Assembly (NCBI GenBank): GCA_964016885.1
Contig: OZ024741.1
Coordinates: 330,026,001-330,090,000, forward strand
Source: Eledone cirrhosa
Taxonomy: Eukaryota
Direction of reading: 5' to 3'
Length of the DNA stretch: 64,000 nt
Shown: positions 27,201 through 41,436 of the stretch, piece by piece
Layout: every line of letters starts with the position of its first letter
How positions within the stretch are numbered: the first letter of the stretch is position 1
Notes under the pieces: model-generated
Seen by the model: the letters and a program-made list of their open reading frames with translations, nothing else
What the model was told of the DNA's origin: nothing
The model's database searches: none
Program-made: the position numbers and the translations under genes

Positions 27201-30200
27201 CCACAGTAATAGGGCAATGAATGAAGACCACTGCACAGTAATAAGGCAATGAATGAAGACCACTGCACAGTAATAGGGCAATGAATGAAGACCATTTCAC
27301 AGTAATAAGGCAATGAATGAAGACCATTTCACAGTAATAGGGCAATGAATGAAGACCATTTCACAGTAATAAGGCAATGAATGAAGACCATTTCACAGTA
27401 ATAGGGCAATGAATGAAGACCATTTCACAGTAATAAGGCAATGAATGAAGACCATTTCACAGTAATAGGGCAATGAATGAAGACCATTTCACAGTAATAA
27501 GGCAATGAATGAAGACCATTTCACAGTAATAGGGCAATGAATGAAGACCACTGCACAGTAATAGGGCAATGAATGAAGACCATTTCACAGTAATAGGGCA
27601 ATGAATGAAGACCATTTCACAGTAATAGGGCAATGAATGAAGACCATTTCACAGTAATAAGGCAATGAATGAAGACCATTTCACAGTAATAGGGCAATGA
27701 ATGAAGACCATTTCACAGTAATAAGGCAATGAATGAAGACCATTTCACAGTAATAGGGCAATGAATGAAGACCACTGCACAGTAATAGGGCAATGAATGA
27801 AGACCATTTCACAGTAATAGGGCAATGAATGAAGACCATTTCACAGTAATAGGGCAATGAATGAAGACCACTGCACAGTAATAGGGCAATGAATGAAGAC
27901 CACTTCACAGTAATAGGGCAATGAATGAAGACCATTTCACAGTAATAGGGCAATGAATGAAGACCATTTCACAGTAATAGGGCAATGAATGAAGACCATT
28001 TCACAGTAATAGGGCAATGAATGAAGACCATTTCACAGTAATAGGGCAATGAATGAAGACCATTTCACAGTATTAAGGCAATGAATGAAGACCACTGCAC
28101 AGTAATAAGGCAATGAATGAAGACCATTTCACAGAAATAAGGCAATGAATGAAGACCACTGCACAGTAATAGGGCAATGAATGAAGACCATTTCACAGTA
28201 ATAGGGCAATGAATGAAGACCATTTCACAGTAATAAGGCAATGAATGAAGACCACTGCACAGTAATAGGGCAATGAATGAAGACCATTTCACAGAAATAA
28301 GGCAATGAATGAAGACCACTGCACAGTAATAGGGCAATGAATGAAGACCACTGCACAGTAATAGGGCAATGAATGAAGACCATTTCACAGTAATAAGGCA
28401 ATGAATGAAGACCATTTCACAGTAATAAGGCAATGAATGAAGACCATTTCACAGTAATAAGGCAATGAATGAAGACCATTTCACAGTAATAAGGCAATGA
28501 ATGAAGACCATTTCACAGTAATAAGGCAATGAATGAAGACCATTTCACAGTAATAGGGCAATGAATGAAGACCATTTCACAGTAATAAGGCAATGAATGA
28601 AGACAATTTCACAGTAATAGGGCAATGAATGAAGACCACTTCACAGTAATAGGGCAATGAATGAAGACCACTTCACAGTAATAAGGCAATGAATGAAGAC
28701 CATTTCACAGTAATAGGGCAATGAATGAAGACCACTTCACAGTAATAAGGCAATGAATGAAGACCATTTCACAGTAATAGGGCAATGAATGAAGACCATT
28801 TCACAGTAATAAGGCAATGAATGAAGACAATTTCACAGTAATAGGGCAATGAATGAAGACCACTTCACAGTAATAGGGCAATGAATGAAGACCACTTCAC
28901 AGTAATAGGGCAATGAATGAAGACCACTTCACAGTAATAAGGCAATGAATGAAGACCACTTGCAGTAATAAGGCAATGAATGAAGACCACTTCACAGTAA
29001 TAAGGCAATGAATGAAGACCACTGCACAGTAATAAGGCAATGAATGAAGACCACTGCACAGTAATAAGGCAATGAATGAAGACCATTTCACAGAAATAAG
29101 GCAATGAATGAAGACCACTGCACAGTAATAGGGCAATGAATGAAGACCATTTCACAGTAATAAGGCAATGAATGAAGACCACTGCACAGTAATAAGGCAA
29201 TGAATGAAGACCATTTCACAGAAATAAGGCAATGAATGAAGACCACTGCACAGTAATAGGGCAATGAATGAAGACCATTTCACAGTAATAAGGCAATGAA
29301 TGAAGACCACTGCACAGTAATAGGGCAATGAATGAAGACCACTTCACAGTAATAGGGCAATGAATGAAGACCATTTCACAGAAATAAGGCAATGAATGAA
29401 GACCACTTCACAGTAATAAGGCAATGAATGAAGACCACTTCACAGTAATAGGGCAATGAATGAAGACCACTTCACAGTAATAAGGCAATGAATGAAGACC
29501 ACTTCACAGTAATAAGGCAATGAATGAAGACCACTTCACAGTAATAGGGCAATGAATGAAGACCACTGCACAGTAATAGGGCAATGAATGAAGACCACTT
29601 CACAGTAATAAGGCAATGAATGAAGACCACTGCACAGTAATAGGGCAATGAATGAAGACCACTTCACAGTAATAAGGCAATGAATGAAGACCACTTCACA
29701 GTAATAAGGCAATGAATGAAGACCACTTCACAGTAATAGGGCAATGAATGAAGACCACTTCACAGTAATAGGGCAATGAATGAAGACCACTTCACAGTAA
29801 TAAGGCAATGAATGAAGACCACTTCACAGTAATAAGGCAATGAATGAAGACCACTTCACAGTAATAAGGCAATGAATGAAGACCACTGCACAGTAATAGG
29901 GCAATGAATGAAGACCATTTCACAGTAATAGGGCAATGAATGAAGACCATTTCACAGTAATAAGGCAATGAATGAAGACCATTTCACAGTAATAAGGCAA
30001 TGAATGAAGACCATTCCACAGTAATAAGGCAATGAATGAAGACCATTCCACAGTAATAGGGCAATGAATGAAGACCATTCCACAGTAATAGGGCAATGAA
30101 TGAAGACCATTTCACAGTAATAAGGCAATGAATGAAGACCATTCCACAGTAATAAGGCAATGAATGAAGACCATTTCACAGTAATAAGGCAATGAATGAA

Positions 30201-33200
30201 GACCATTTCACAGTAATAAGGCAATGAATGAAGACCATTTCACAGTAATAAGGCAATGAATGAAGACCATTCCACAGTAATAAGGCAATGAATGAAGACC
30301 ATTTCACAGTAATAAGGCAATGAATGAAGACCATTCCACAGTAATAAGGCAATGAATGAAGACCATTTCACAGTAATAAGGCAATGAATGAAGACCATTT
30401 CACAGTAATAAGGCAATGAATGAAGACCATTCCACAGTAATAAGGCAATGAATGAAGACCATTTCACAGTAATAAGGCAATGAATGAAGACCATTTCACA
30501 GTAATAAGGCAATGAATGAAGACCATTTCACAGTAATAAGGCAATGAATGAAGACCATTTCACAGTAATAAGGCAATGAATGAAGACCATTCCACAGTAA
30601 TAAGGCAATGAATGAAGACCATTCCACAGTAATAGGGCAATGAATGAAGACCATTCCACAGTAATAGGGCAATGAATGAAGACCATTTCACAGTAATAAG
30701 GCAATGAATGAAGACCATTTCACAGTAATAAGGCAATGAATGAAGACCATTCCACAGTAATAGGGCAATGAATGAAGACCATTCCACAGTAATAAGGCAA
30801 TGAATGAAGACCATTCCACAGTAATAAGGCAATGAATGAAGACCATTCCACAGTAATAGGGCAATGAATGAAGACCATTCCACAGTAATAAGGCAATGAA
30901 TGAAGACCATTTCACAGTAATAAGGCAATGAATGAAGACCATTCCACAGTAATAGGGCAATGAATGAAGACCATTTCACAGTAATAAGGCAATGAATGAA
31001 GACCATTCCACAGTAATAAGGCAATGAATGAAGACCATTCCACAGTAATAAGGCAATGAATGAAGACCACTGCACAGTAACAAGGCAATGAATGAAGACC
31101 ATTCCACAGTAATAAGGCAATGAATGAAGACCATTCCACAGTAATAGGGCAATGAATGAAGACCATTTCACAGTAATAAGGCAATGAATGAAGACCATTT
31201 CACAGTAATAGGGCAATGAATGAAGACCATTCCACAGTAATAGGGCAATGAATGAAGACCATTTCACAGTAATAAGGCAATGAATGAAGACCATTTCACA
31301 GTAATAGGGCAATGAATGAAGACCATTTCACAGTAATAAGGCAATGAATGAAGACCATTTCACAGTAATAGGGCAATGAATGAAGACCATTTCACAGTAA
31401 TAGGGCAATGAATGAAGACCATTCCACAGTAATAAGGCAATGAATGAAGACCATTTCACAGTAATAAGGCAATGAATGAAGACCATTTCACAGTAATAGG
31501 GCAATGAATGAAGACCATTCCACAGTAATAAGGCAATGAATGAAGACCATTTCACAGTAATAAGGCAATGAATGAAGACCATTTCACAGTAATAGGGCAA
31601 TGAATGAAGACCACTGCACAGTAATAAGGCAATGAATGAAGACCATTTCACAGTAATAGGGCAATGAATGAAGACCACTGCACAGTAATAAGGCAATGAA
31701 TGAAGACCATTTCACAGTAATAAGGCAATGAATGAAGACCATTTCACAGTAATAGGGCAATGAATGAAGACCACTGCACAGTAATAAGGCAATGAATGAA
31801 GACCATTTCACAGTAATAAGGCAATGAATGAAGACCACTATGCAGTAATAAGGCAATGAATGAAGACCATTCCACAGTAATAAGGCAATGAATGAAGACC
31901 ATTTCACAGTAATAAGGCAATGAAAGAAGACCATTTCACAGTAATAGGGCAATGAATGAAGAACACTGCACAGTAATAAGGCAATGAATGAAGACCATTC
32001 CACAGTAATAGGGCAATGAATGAAGACCATTCCACAGTAATAAGGCAATGAATGAAGACCACTGCACAGTAATAAGGCAATGAATGAAGACCACTGCACA
32101 GTAATAAGGCAATGAATGAAGACCACTGCACAGTAATAGGGCAATGAATGAAGACCACTGCACAGTAATAAGGCAATGAATGAAGACCACTGCACAGTAA
32201 TAGGGCAATGAATGAAGACCATTTCACAGTAATAGGGCAATGAATGAAGACCATTCCACAGTAATAGGGCAATGAATGAAGACCATTCCACAGTAATAGG
32301 GCAATGAATGAAGACCATTCCACAGTAATAAGGCAATGAATGAAGACCACTGCACAGTAATAAGGCAATGAATGAAGACCACTGCACAGTAATAAGGCAA
32401 TGAATGAAGACCATTCCACAGTAATAAGGCAATGAATGAAGACCACTGCACAGTAATAAGGCAATGAATGAAGACCACTGCACAGTAATAGGGCAATGAA
32501 TGAAGACCATTCCACAGTAATAAGGCAATGAATGAAGACCACTGCACAGTAATAAGGCAATGAATGAAGACCACTATGAAGTAATAGGGCAATGAATGAA
32601 GACCACTGCACAGTAATAGGGCAATGAATGAAGACCATTTCACAGTAATAGGGCAATGAATGAAGACCATTCCACAGTAATAAGGCAATGAATGAAGACC
32701 ACTGCACAGTAATAAGGCAATGAATGAAGACCACTGCACAGTAATAAGGCAATGAATGAAGACCACTATGAAGTAATAGGGCAATGAATGAAGACCACTG
32801 CACAGTAATAGGGCAATGAATGAAGACCATTCCACAGTAATAGGGCAATGAATGAAGACCATTCCACAGTAATAAGGCAATGAATGAAGACCATTCCACA
32901 GTAATAAGGCAATGAATGAAGACCACTGCACAGTAATAAGGCAATGAATGAAGACCATTTCACAGTAATAAGGCAATGAATGAAGACCACTGCACAGTAA
33001 TAAGGCAATGAATGAAGACCACTATGAAGTAATAGGGCAATGAATGAAGACCACTGCACAGTAATAGGGCAATGAATGAAGACCATTTCACAGTAATAGG
33101 GCAATGAATGAAGACCATTTCACAGAAATAGGGCAATGAATGAAGACCATTTCACAGAAATAAGGCAATGAATGAAGACCACTGCACAGTAATAGGGCAA

Positions 33201-35494
33201 TGAATGAAGACCATTTCACAGTAATAGGGCAATGAATGAAGACCATTTCACAGAAATAGGGCAATGAATGAAGACCATTTCACAGTAATAAGGCAATGAA
33301 TGAAGACCATTTCACAGTAATAAGGCAATGAATGAAGACCAATTCACAGTAATAAGGCAATGAATGAAGACCATTCCACAGTAATAAGGCAATGAATGAA
33401 GACCATTTCACAGTAATAGGGCAATGAATGAAGACCATTTCACAGAAATAAGGCAATGAATGAAGACCACTGCACAGTAATAGGGCAATGAATGAAGACC
33501 ATTTCACAGAAATAAGGCAATGAATGAAGACCACTGCACAGTAATAGGGCAATGAATGAAGACCACTTCACAGTAATAAGGCAATGAATGAAGACCATTT
33601 CACAGTAATAAGGCAATGAATGAAGACCACTGCACAGTAATAGGGCAATGAATGAAGACCATTTCACAGAAATAGGGCAATGAATGAAGACCACTGCACA
33701 GTAATAGGGCAATGAATGAAGACCATTTCACAGAAATAAGGCAATGAATGAAGACCACTGCACAGTAATAGGGCAATGAATGAAGACCACTTCACAGTAA
33801 TAAGGCAATGAATGAAGACCATTTCACAGTAATAAGGCAATGAATGAAGACCACTGCACAGTAATAGGGCAATGAATGAAGACCATTTCACAGTAATAAG
33901 GCAATGAATGAAGACCACTGCACAGTAATAGGGCAATGAATGAAGACCACTTCACAGTAATAAGGCAATGAATGAAGACCATTTCACAGTAATAAGGCAA
34001 TGAATGAAGACCACTGCACAGTAATAGGGCAATGAATGAAGACCATTTCACAGAAATAAGGCAATGAATGAAGACCACTGCACAGTAATAGGGCAATGAA
34101 TGAAGACCATTCCACAGTAATAAGGCAATGAATGAAGACCATTTCACAGTAATAGGGCAATGAATGAAGACCATTTCACAGAAATAGGGCAATGAATGAA
34201 GACCACTGCACAGTAATAAGGCAATGAATGAAGACCATTTCACAGAAATAAGGCAATGAATGAAGACCACTGCACAGTAATAGGGCAATGAATGAAGACC
34301 ATTCCACAGTAATAGGGCAATGAATGAAGACCATTCCACAGTAATAGGGCAATGAATGAAGACCATTTCACAGAAATAAGGCAATGAATGAAGACCATTT
34401 CACAGTAATAAGGCAATGAATGAAGACCATTTCACAGTAATAGGGCAATGAATGAAGACCACTGCACAGTAATAGGGCAATGAATGAAGACCATTCCACA
34501 GTAATAAGGCAATGAATGAAGACCATTTCACAGAAATAAGGCAATGAATGAAGACCACTGCACAGTAATAAGGCAATGAATGAAGACCATTTCACAGTAA
34601 TAGGGCAATGAATGAAGACCACTGCACAGTAATAGGGCAATGAATGAAGACCATTCCACAGTAATAAGGCAATGAATGAAGACCATTTCACAGTAATAGG
34701 GCAATGAATGAAGACCATTCCACAGTAATAAGGCAATGAATGAAGACCATTTCACAGTAATAAGGCAATGAATGAAGACCACTGCACAGTAATAGGGCAA
34801 TGAATGAAGACCATTCCACAGTAATAAGGCAATGAATGAAGACCATTTCACAGTAATAGGGCAATGAATGAAGACCATTCCACAGTAATAAGGCAATGAA
34901 TGAAGACCATTTCACAGTAATAGGGCAATGAATGAAGACCATTCCACAGTAATAAGGCAATGAATGAAGACCATTTCACAGTAATAGGGCAATGAATGAA
35001 GACCATTCCACAGTAATAGGGCAATGAATGAAGACCATTTCACAGAAATAGGGCAATGAATGAAGACCACTATGAAGTAATAAGGCAATGAATGAAGACC
35101 ACTTCACAGTAATAGGGCAATGAATGAAGACCACTGCACAGTAATAAGGCAATGAATGAAGACCACTGCACAGTAATAAGGCAATGAATGAAGACCACTT
35201 CACAGTAATAAGGCAATGAATGAAGACCACTGCACAGTAATAAGGCAATGAATGAAGACCACTGCACAGTAATAAGGCAATGAATGAAGACCACTGCGCG
35301 GTAATAGGGCAATGAATGAAGATCACTGTGAAGTAATAAGGAAATGAATGAAGATCACAACACAGTAATACGGCAATGAATGAAGGCCACTGGACAGTAA
35401 TTAGGCAATGAATGAAGACCACTGTTAAGTAATAAGGAAATGAATGAAGACCACTGCGAAGTAATAAGGAAATGAATGAAGACCACTCCAGTAA
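9287..35494. repeat. ~26 kb tandem satellite, 32-bp unit GGCAATGAATGAAGACCA-NNNNNN-AGTAATAR, about 815 copies
   Basis: Directly visible. Core alleles ctgcac, cttcac, tttcac, ttccac, ctatga, plus rarer ctccac, ctatgt, ctatgc. Units at both edges are degenerate. Confidence 0.99.
9675..9748 (-). mobile_element. SINE 3' fragment interrupting the satellite
   Basis: Reverse complement of the tail ggggtcgataaaataaagtaccagt...ttgctggccttgtgccaaaagcagaaacaatt seen at 62991-63063, 37530-37603 and 50040-50110. Confidence 0.75.
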
Positions 35495-36376
35495 CAGGAC
35501 AACTCCCTCAGATGACATTACACTATTTCCATCTACCAAATTTCACTCAATGTTTAGAGTGGGAGAGATGGAGGTAGTGACAGTGGAAGTTTGGTTCCAT
35601 TGTGTTCAGACCTGGTGTATATCTATAAAATTATTTACCACACAACATTATCTGTAGGTTCCTACTCAAATTGAAACCTTACAATAGAATAGTTATGGTG
35701 AGACTCACCACTTTCTACTCAGAGGAGGAAATATTTTAACGAAAAAGACTTTAATTTTATAAAAAAGTTTTAACCTTCCTTTACATATAAGTAGGAAATA
35801 TGTTTAACTCAACCATAATTTATGTAAGAAACTAACTGCCCAAGGTGCCATGCAGTGGAATTGAACTCTAAGCCATATATTTTGAAAGTTAACTTCCTTT
35901 CTAACTATAACATCAATGCAGCAGATTTGTGCATTTATTCATAGTAGCAAACTTTTGTTCTTTCCACACCGTCTCCTTTAATGAACCCTGAATCTGTTCC
36001 TTTTACCCCAGACACATATGTGGCTTAAAGTCATTTAATTTCATTTATGGATTATTCTCTGTGTCAAATTTTCTGAAAATTCATTGAAAAATGGAGCTGT
36101 GGTTCCCAGACCAGATTTAGATATTGGGGGGCCTGGGGCAGTTTACGTTTGAAGGTCCCTCATATAACAACACACATGTGTACACACACACACACACAAA
36201 CACACATACATATATATAGATGCCTTTTAATCTTATAGCCTGGTTTAATTGCTTTTTTGTGTGGTTGATTATGCTGATTGGGAGAGGAGATGGTGAATAT
36301 ATCTTATCAAATGATTCTATGGACATACTTTATTGTATATATATATATATATATATATGTATATTTATATATATAT

Positions 36377-36520
36377 GGAGGCTCATGGCTTAGTGGTTAG
36401 AGCATTGGCCTTGCAATCGAAAGGTTGTGAATTCAATTCTCAGACGGGGTGATGTGTTGTTTCTTTGAGCAAGACACTTTATTTCACATTGCTCCAGTTT
36501 ACTCATCTGTAAAAATGAGA
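36377..36520 (+). mobile_element. tRNA-derived SINE
   Basis: A box tggcttagtgg, B-box-like gaattcaattc, then the body ttgagcaagacactttatttcacattgctccag; sits next to (TA)n. Confidence 0.7.
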
Positions 36521-37411
36521 TAGGGACCGCAGTCCCTATCATTCCACTGCAAAGTGGTCATGGAGGTGCCACGGAAAAAAAAAAGCACCCAGCACTCACT
36601 GTAAATAAGGTTGGTGTTAGGAAGAACATCCAGCTGTAGAAATCAAGCCAGAATCAGTTCCCGTCCCACCCTTACAAGCAGGGAAAAGTGGACATAAAAT
36701 GAAATGATGAAATGAATATCATCATCATCACCGTTTAACATCCACTTTTCCATGCTAGCATGGGTTAGACAAGTTGCCTTGTTGTGAGCAATGTTGGGTC
36801 AGGTGACCATGTTTTGCTGATACAGAACTGATTTTGGCTTGGTTTCTACAGCTGGATGCCCTTCCTAGAGTATGGTTATATATATACAGGGTCGGGACTC
36901 CAATGGCTGAGCTCAGCTAGTTCCAGACTGATTGCCAAAGGCCTTGGTGGTTAACTGACTATCATCAGGAGGTGTGGTTTGTCCAAATAAAGGCATTCAT
37001 TGTTTATCCAATTGTAAATTCTCTTCATATAAGTGTTGTTTTTTTTTATGGTTAGGGAGTGGTTGTGTGTAGATATCTGGTTAGCGAGTGTTTATAGGCA
37101 TGTGTGCATCCGTGTGTATCTGCCTGGTCAACTTGAGATAGAATAATCATGGAGAGGGGTGGAATTTATCAAGAAAATATATTAGGGTGTGTATGTCTGT
37201 CCCCATGGTTATCCCAACCTTCAGACAACAGGTCTATAGAATTGGCATCAGATCACCCTAGTCAAAGAATAGTCCCATTCCACCAAATGGGAAATATATG
37301 TCAACGAATTGACAACTTATTTGTTAGTTATCTGAAAAAACAAGGAACAGCCTACCGGTTCATCAATTCATACACTCACTTGATAATGATAGATGTTATT
37401 GTTACAAGGTT

Positions 37412-37605
37412 GACTAAGTTATTGGCAGTATCAGTAGAGGGTTGGATGCCATGCTTTGCAGCATAGAATTACGGCCCTTTACAGTCTGAATTCAAATCCT
37501 GCTGAGGTTACCTTTGCCTTTCATCTTTACGGGGTCAATAAAATAAAGCACCAGTGATGCACTAGGATAATTGTTGGCCTTGTGCTAAAAGTAGAAACAA
37601 TTATT
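37412..37605 (+). mobile_element. SINE (same family as 62878-63065)
   Basis: Colinear similarity with 62878-63065 (ttcaaatcc, ctttgcctttcatc, ggggtc.ataaaataaag). Confidence 0.7.
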
Positions 37606-38499
37606 TAAATGAGCTAATCCTGGACTTTCTCAACACTTCGTATTTTAAAAAACAAAACTTTGCACAGATATAATCTAAAAGAAAATGTAGATAAAAACTG
37701 CATCAATGAAATTCATGCATTTAGCATGATGAAAAGATCCGGAATTTACAGGTTTAGCCTACTATCCGGTGCTAAAGTAAAATCTAGTGGAAATTTTGGT
37801 TCAAGTTTATTTATTATAACTAAGCTCGTACTTAACTCACCTTAAATTATGGTTAGGATTTGATTTACCTAGAACATCCACTGAGGAGTTAGTGGTAGTG
37901 ATTATATATCATGTATTTATAGTGGAATAAGTGGAGTGGGTGATTCTTTATTATGCAATGTAATGGGCCTATGTTTTTCTTGGGCCCATATGTGTGTTCC
38001 AAGGGAGGTCGTGGGGGCTGTCCACATGCAATTAGGTATTGATAGTTCTGCAATGGAGTGCTAGCGTTGGTGTTGTTGTTTTAATGCTGCTATCGGAAAA
38101 AAACTGTGGTACGTACCTCTTTAGGTATGTGGCTGAAGGGTTGGAGGTGCAGCTTGGATAGATACAAGATGGGCTGCTTATGTACTGGATTCATGTGCTA
38201 TTAATTTTGTTTAATGATGGTATGTGTTTTGGTGTAACACAGTCGGCTCAAGTGCTTCAATAAGAGTGTTCTGTGTGTATTATGGGTGCTAGTGAAGTTG
38301 TGTGGAGTAGTGCTCATTTGTGCATAAGCGCTAGTTCTGTGTTAATTCTTGGGGGTGTTTAGAACTTTGTTTGGAGTTGTGCATATGTGCTCTGCTCTGA
38401 AGACCTAGGTATGTATTTGCCAGTGTAGATACATAATAGTGTATGCAAATGAACTATCATAACCTAGGGTGTCTATTGCAGTGTATATATGAACAATGA

Positions 38500-39890
38500 A
38501 TGTTAGGAAAAGTGTTACCCTCCTAGATCATGAGAAGGTCTGAAATTGAGGTATGTTTTGTAAATCCAGTATTTGCATGAGGTCACGAGTTCATCCTTTT
38601 TAATTAATAATTGTTCTTTGGCGAACAACATTTGAATTGTCTCCTCAGAGCATAAATTACATGAGTGGCGTCCTGTATAAGGTTTGGCCTTGGACATGGG
38701 AATCTAATTCAGTTCATAGGTGATGTTTTTGCAGAGATCCCAAATATGGCTAGATAGTGTTGTAGCATTTTTCCAGGCTGGGTTTCTAAAGATATGTTTG
38801 TGTGGGCAAAACCTTGTCTTGAATTTGCAGGCAGTTAATCCAATGTAGGCTTTGTTGGTATGTTCCATCATGACTTTGCACATGTACACAAAGTTCCGTT
38901 GCTGGTATTTGTTGTTTAAAGGACAATGTTCATGCAATTACATTGCTTGGATTCCTCCTCACTGAGGTCAGAATGGAGTCTGTTAGAATTGAGTTTAGCA
39001 ATGTTTGAGGACGCTGTAGTTTGTGCCAAGTTGGATGTGGTGTTGTAAGAAAGTTTGATTATGTTTTTGTTGAAGATCTTATGGTAGTGATGGGGTGTGA
39101 TGGGAAGTGTTTATTGAGAAGTTTGAAGAAAATCTTCCCAATTGGTGTGATGATTTCAGCATTGTGAGGAGGATTAAACCATATTATGTTGTGTGAGCTG
39201 AGACTCTACCTGCTAATTCTACTAATGGTGCTTGGGTAGTAGGAAAGTTCTTTCTCAAAACCGTTTTGTAAAGGCCTGGTTGTAGTGTGGCGCATGTTCC
39301 TTGAATATCTGCTTGTTAGCAGACAAGCGTGATATATGGAGGGGGATATTCTTTACAAAATCTTTAGTTATATTCCTTGGATGTTTCAGTATCAGTGGAT
39401 GTAATGTAAGTATCTATTGGGATTCTGGAAGTGGTAGTGCGGTTGGTTCTCCAAGTTTAGGGTTACGTCCAAGAAGTTGGTACAGGTGAGGGACATCTGG
39501 AAGGTAACCTTAAATCCTAATTCCAGGAATAACTTGATGAGATGTTTGCGAACCTGGTCTGTACTACTGGGTTTGTAACCGGTAAGAGTTACAAGCCCAT
39601 CGTCTCTGTACAGGCCCCCCTCTGAGCGCAGGAAAACTTTCTATTAGTTTCTGGAGTATGTACAGGCCTATGAAGTTTGTAACCTCTGCCAAGTCGGTTG
39701 CTCCCATACTAACATTGAAGGGTGAGTCGGGGGTCCTTTTTATCTAGGTGGAATTTTCAAAAAGCAAGACGGTCTTCCTAACATGGAGAACTATGTCGAC
39801 TTCTTGATCGCTAATGGGTATGATATTTCTGGTGTAATCTATTACAGCCTCCAAAAGTGGTTTAGTTATTGATTCATAGTAATTCTCGAT
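38500..39890 (-). mobile_element. Penelope-like element (RT + GIY-YIG), decayed, Naiad-like motifs
   Basis: RT FNVSMGA.D.AEV and GGLYRDDGL (~39595-39620); endonuclease CPLNNK..VY.C..YIGLT..FKTRF..H..F, TTLSSHIW, CNLCSEE; many stops and frameshifts. Confidence 0.85.
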
Positions 39891-40006
39891 GTTGAACTGG
39901 ATAAACGTAATATTCTCTTTATCAGTGATACTTTGGAAGCAGGAGATGACTTCTTGTATACTATTTCATAGGCTGAGCCTCGCTTGGTGCTTAACTTTGG
40001 GTATAA

Positions 40007-40420
40007 TTTTATCCAAGATCCTAGAAATGGAGGAGGGTGCTCTGAGAGCATAATAACTAGAATAAGGATAGGATGGAAAAAGTTCAAAGAGCTAGTCCCA
40101 CTATTGACCATAAAAAGTTTCTCCTTACTTACAAAAGGAGGACTGTATGATGCCTGTGTGCAAAGTACAATATTGCATGGTAGTAAAACATGATATGTGA
40201 CTGCGGAGGACGTTTGTAGACTGAAGAGAAATGAAGCAACCATGCTCCATTGGATGTGCAATGTAAATGTGAGAGGCAGAGCTTGGATGAGCTGGGCTTA
40301 AGAGGAATTCAAGGTAGTGTGTAAGAGAGAAGACTGCGTGCGTTGGTTTGGACATGTGATAAGCATGGACAATGATCGTGGGGTGAAGAAGTGGGAAGAA
40401 ATACTAGTCAAAGGAAATTG
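40007..40420 (+). mobile_element. RTE-clade LINE 3' fragment
   Basis: GGGCSESIITRIRIGWKKFKEL..KGGLYDACV..LHGS and R.RWFGHV; homologous to 48170-48430. Confidence 0.85.
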
Positions 40421-41436
40421 CAGTGTGTGTGTACAAACATAAACAGGAAAAGATTTGAATTTCTTCAAATACCTCAGTCTACTACCAATTCATGAAGTCA
40501 AATAATAGAGGTAGTAAAGGAATGGTCATTCTGTACATACATAAGTATATATCAACACACAAATATAATATACACATCAAGCACCATCATTGATAAAACT
40601 ATACATACACTTATGCACATGCGTAAATATTTACTATGTTTTACATGCGTAAATATTTACTACAGTTCCCCCTACTTTCACCAAATTATGTCACTAAAGT
40701 ATAGAAAGTTTGATAAATTGGTACAAAAGCAACATCAATTACACTGATAAAATTCTGTTTATAATCAGAGGCCCGTTTTAGCCCTGTTTGAAGTGGTGGA
40801 GGACCCAAAGCATTTTCCCTTCGATAAATCTGGCCCTGGTTGTTCCAAGACAGACAAACTTTTCTGTGTACCATATAGATGAAATGAAATAGAAAAAAAC
40901 AAGAAAATAAAAAATGAACAATAAATTCTAAAATATATCAAAAGAAGCATTTTATTGCTGATATTTTTTTTGTTTTACTGTTCACATACATGTTTATATG
41001 TAGTGTGGTGGACATTGTAAAGATTGGAGGGGGATATTAGATGTTTACTACATGATTTAATTTGTTGCGTCATATCTCATTCATAAAACAAATATCAGTA
41101 ATAAAATGGTGGGTGAATTGTTCAAATTACATCACTATTTACATAAAATGACAAAAAGCTCTTTATGTTCTGACTTCAAATCTCGCCAAGGTCAACTTTG
41201 CTTCACATCCTTCTAAGGTTAATAAAATAAAGAACAGAGGTTGATTTACTCAACTTTGCCCTTCCACAAAACATTTGCTGGCCTTGTGCCATGCAATCAT
41301 AGTGCTGTTCTATACTTTTCAAAAATGTCTTTGCTAATGTGGTACAGGACATTTAGAGTTAAGATATGTCTTCATCTCTTATTGAATGAAAACTATGCCA
41401 CAAATATTTAGTACTTCAAGCAAACGAGACAGATCC

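Noticed and set aside
9287-35494. CRISPR-like array (constant repeat plus variable spacer)
   Set aside because: The variable part is only 6 nt drawn from a few recurring alleles. There are no unique spacers and no cas genes, and the context is eukaryotic.
9560-35539. Dozens of minus-strand ORFs (LPYYCAVVFIHCLITVQWSSFIALLLCSGLHS repeats, up to 400 aa)
   Set aside because: Artefact of a 32-nt unit whose commonest allele has no minus-strand stop. Starts are mostly TTG, all three frames give the same peptide, and common alleles introduce TGA/TAG freely.
36377-36455. tRNA gene
   Set aside because: A/B boxes are present but there is no consistent cloverleaf, and it continues into a SINE body.
38397-38470. 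CUGAAGA followed by cctagg...cctagg as a possible hammerhead
   Set aside because: No GAAA after the stem and no stem I.
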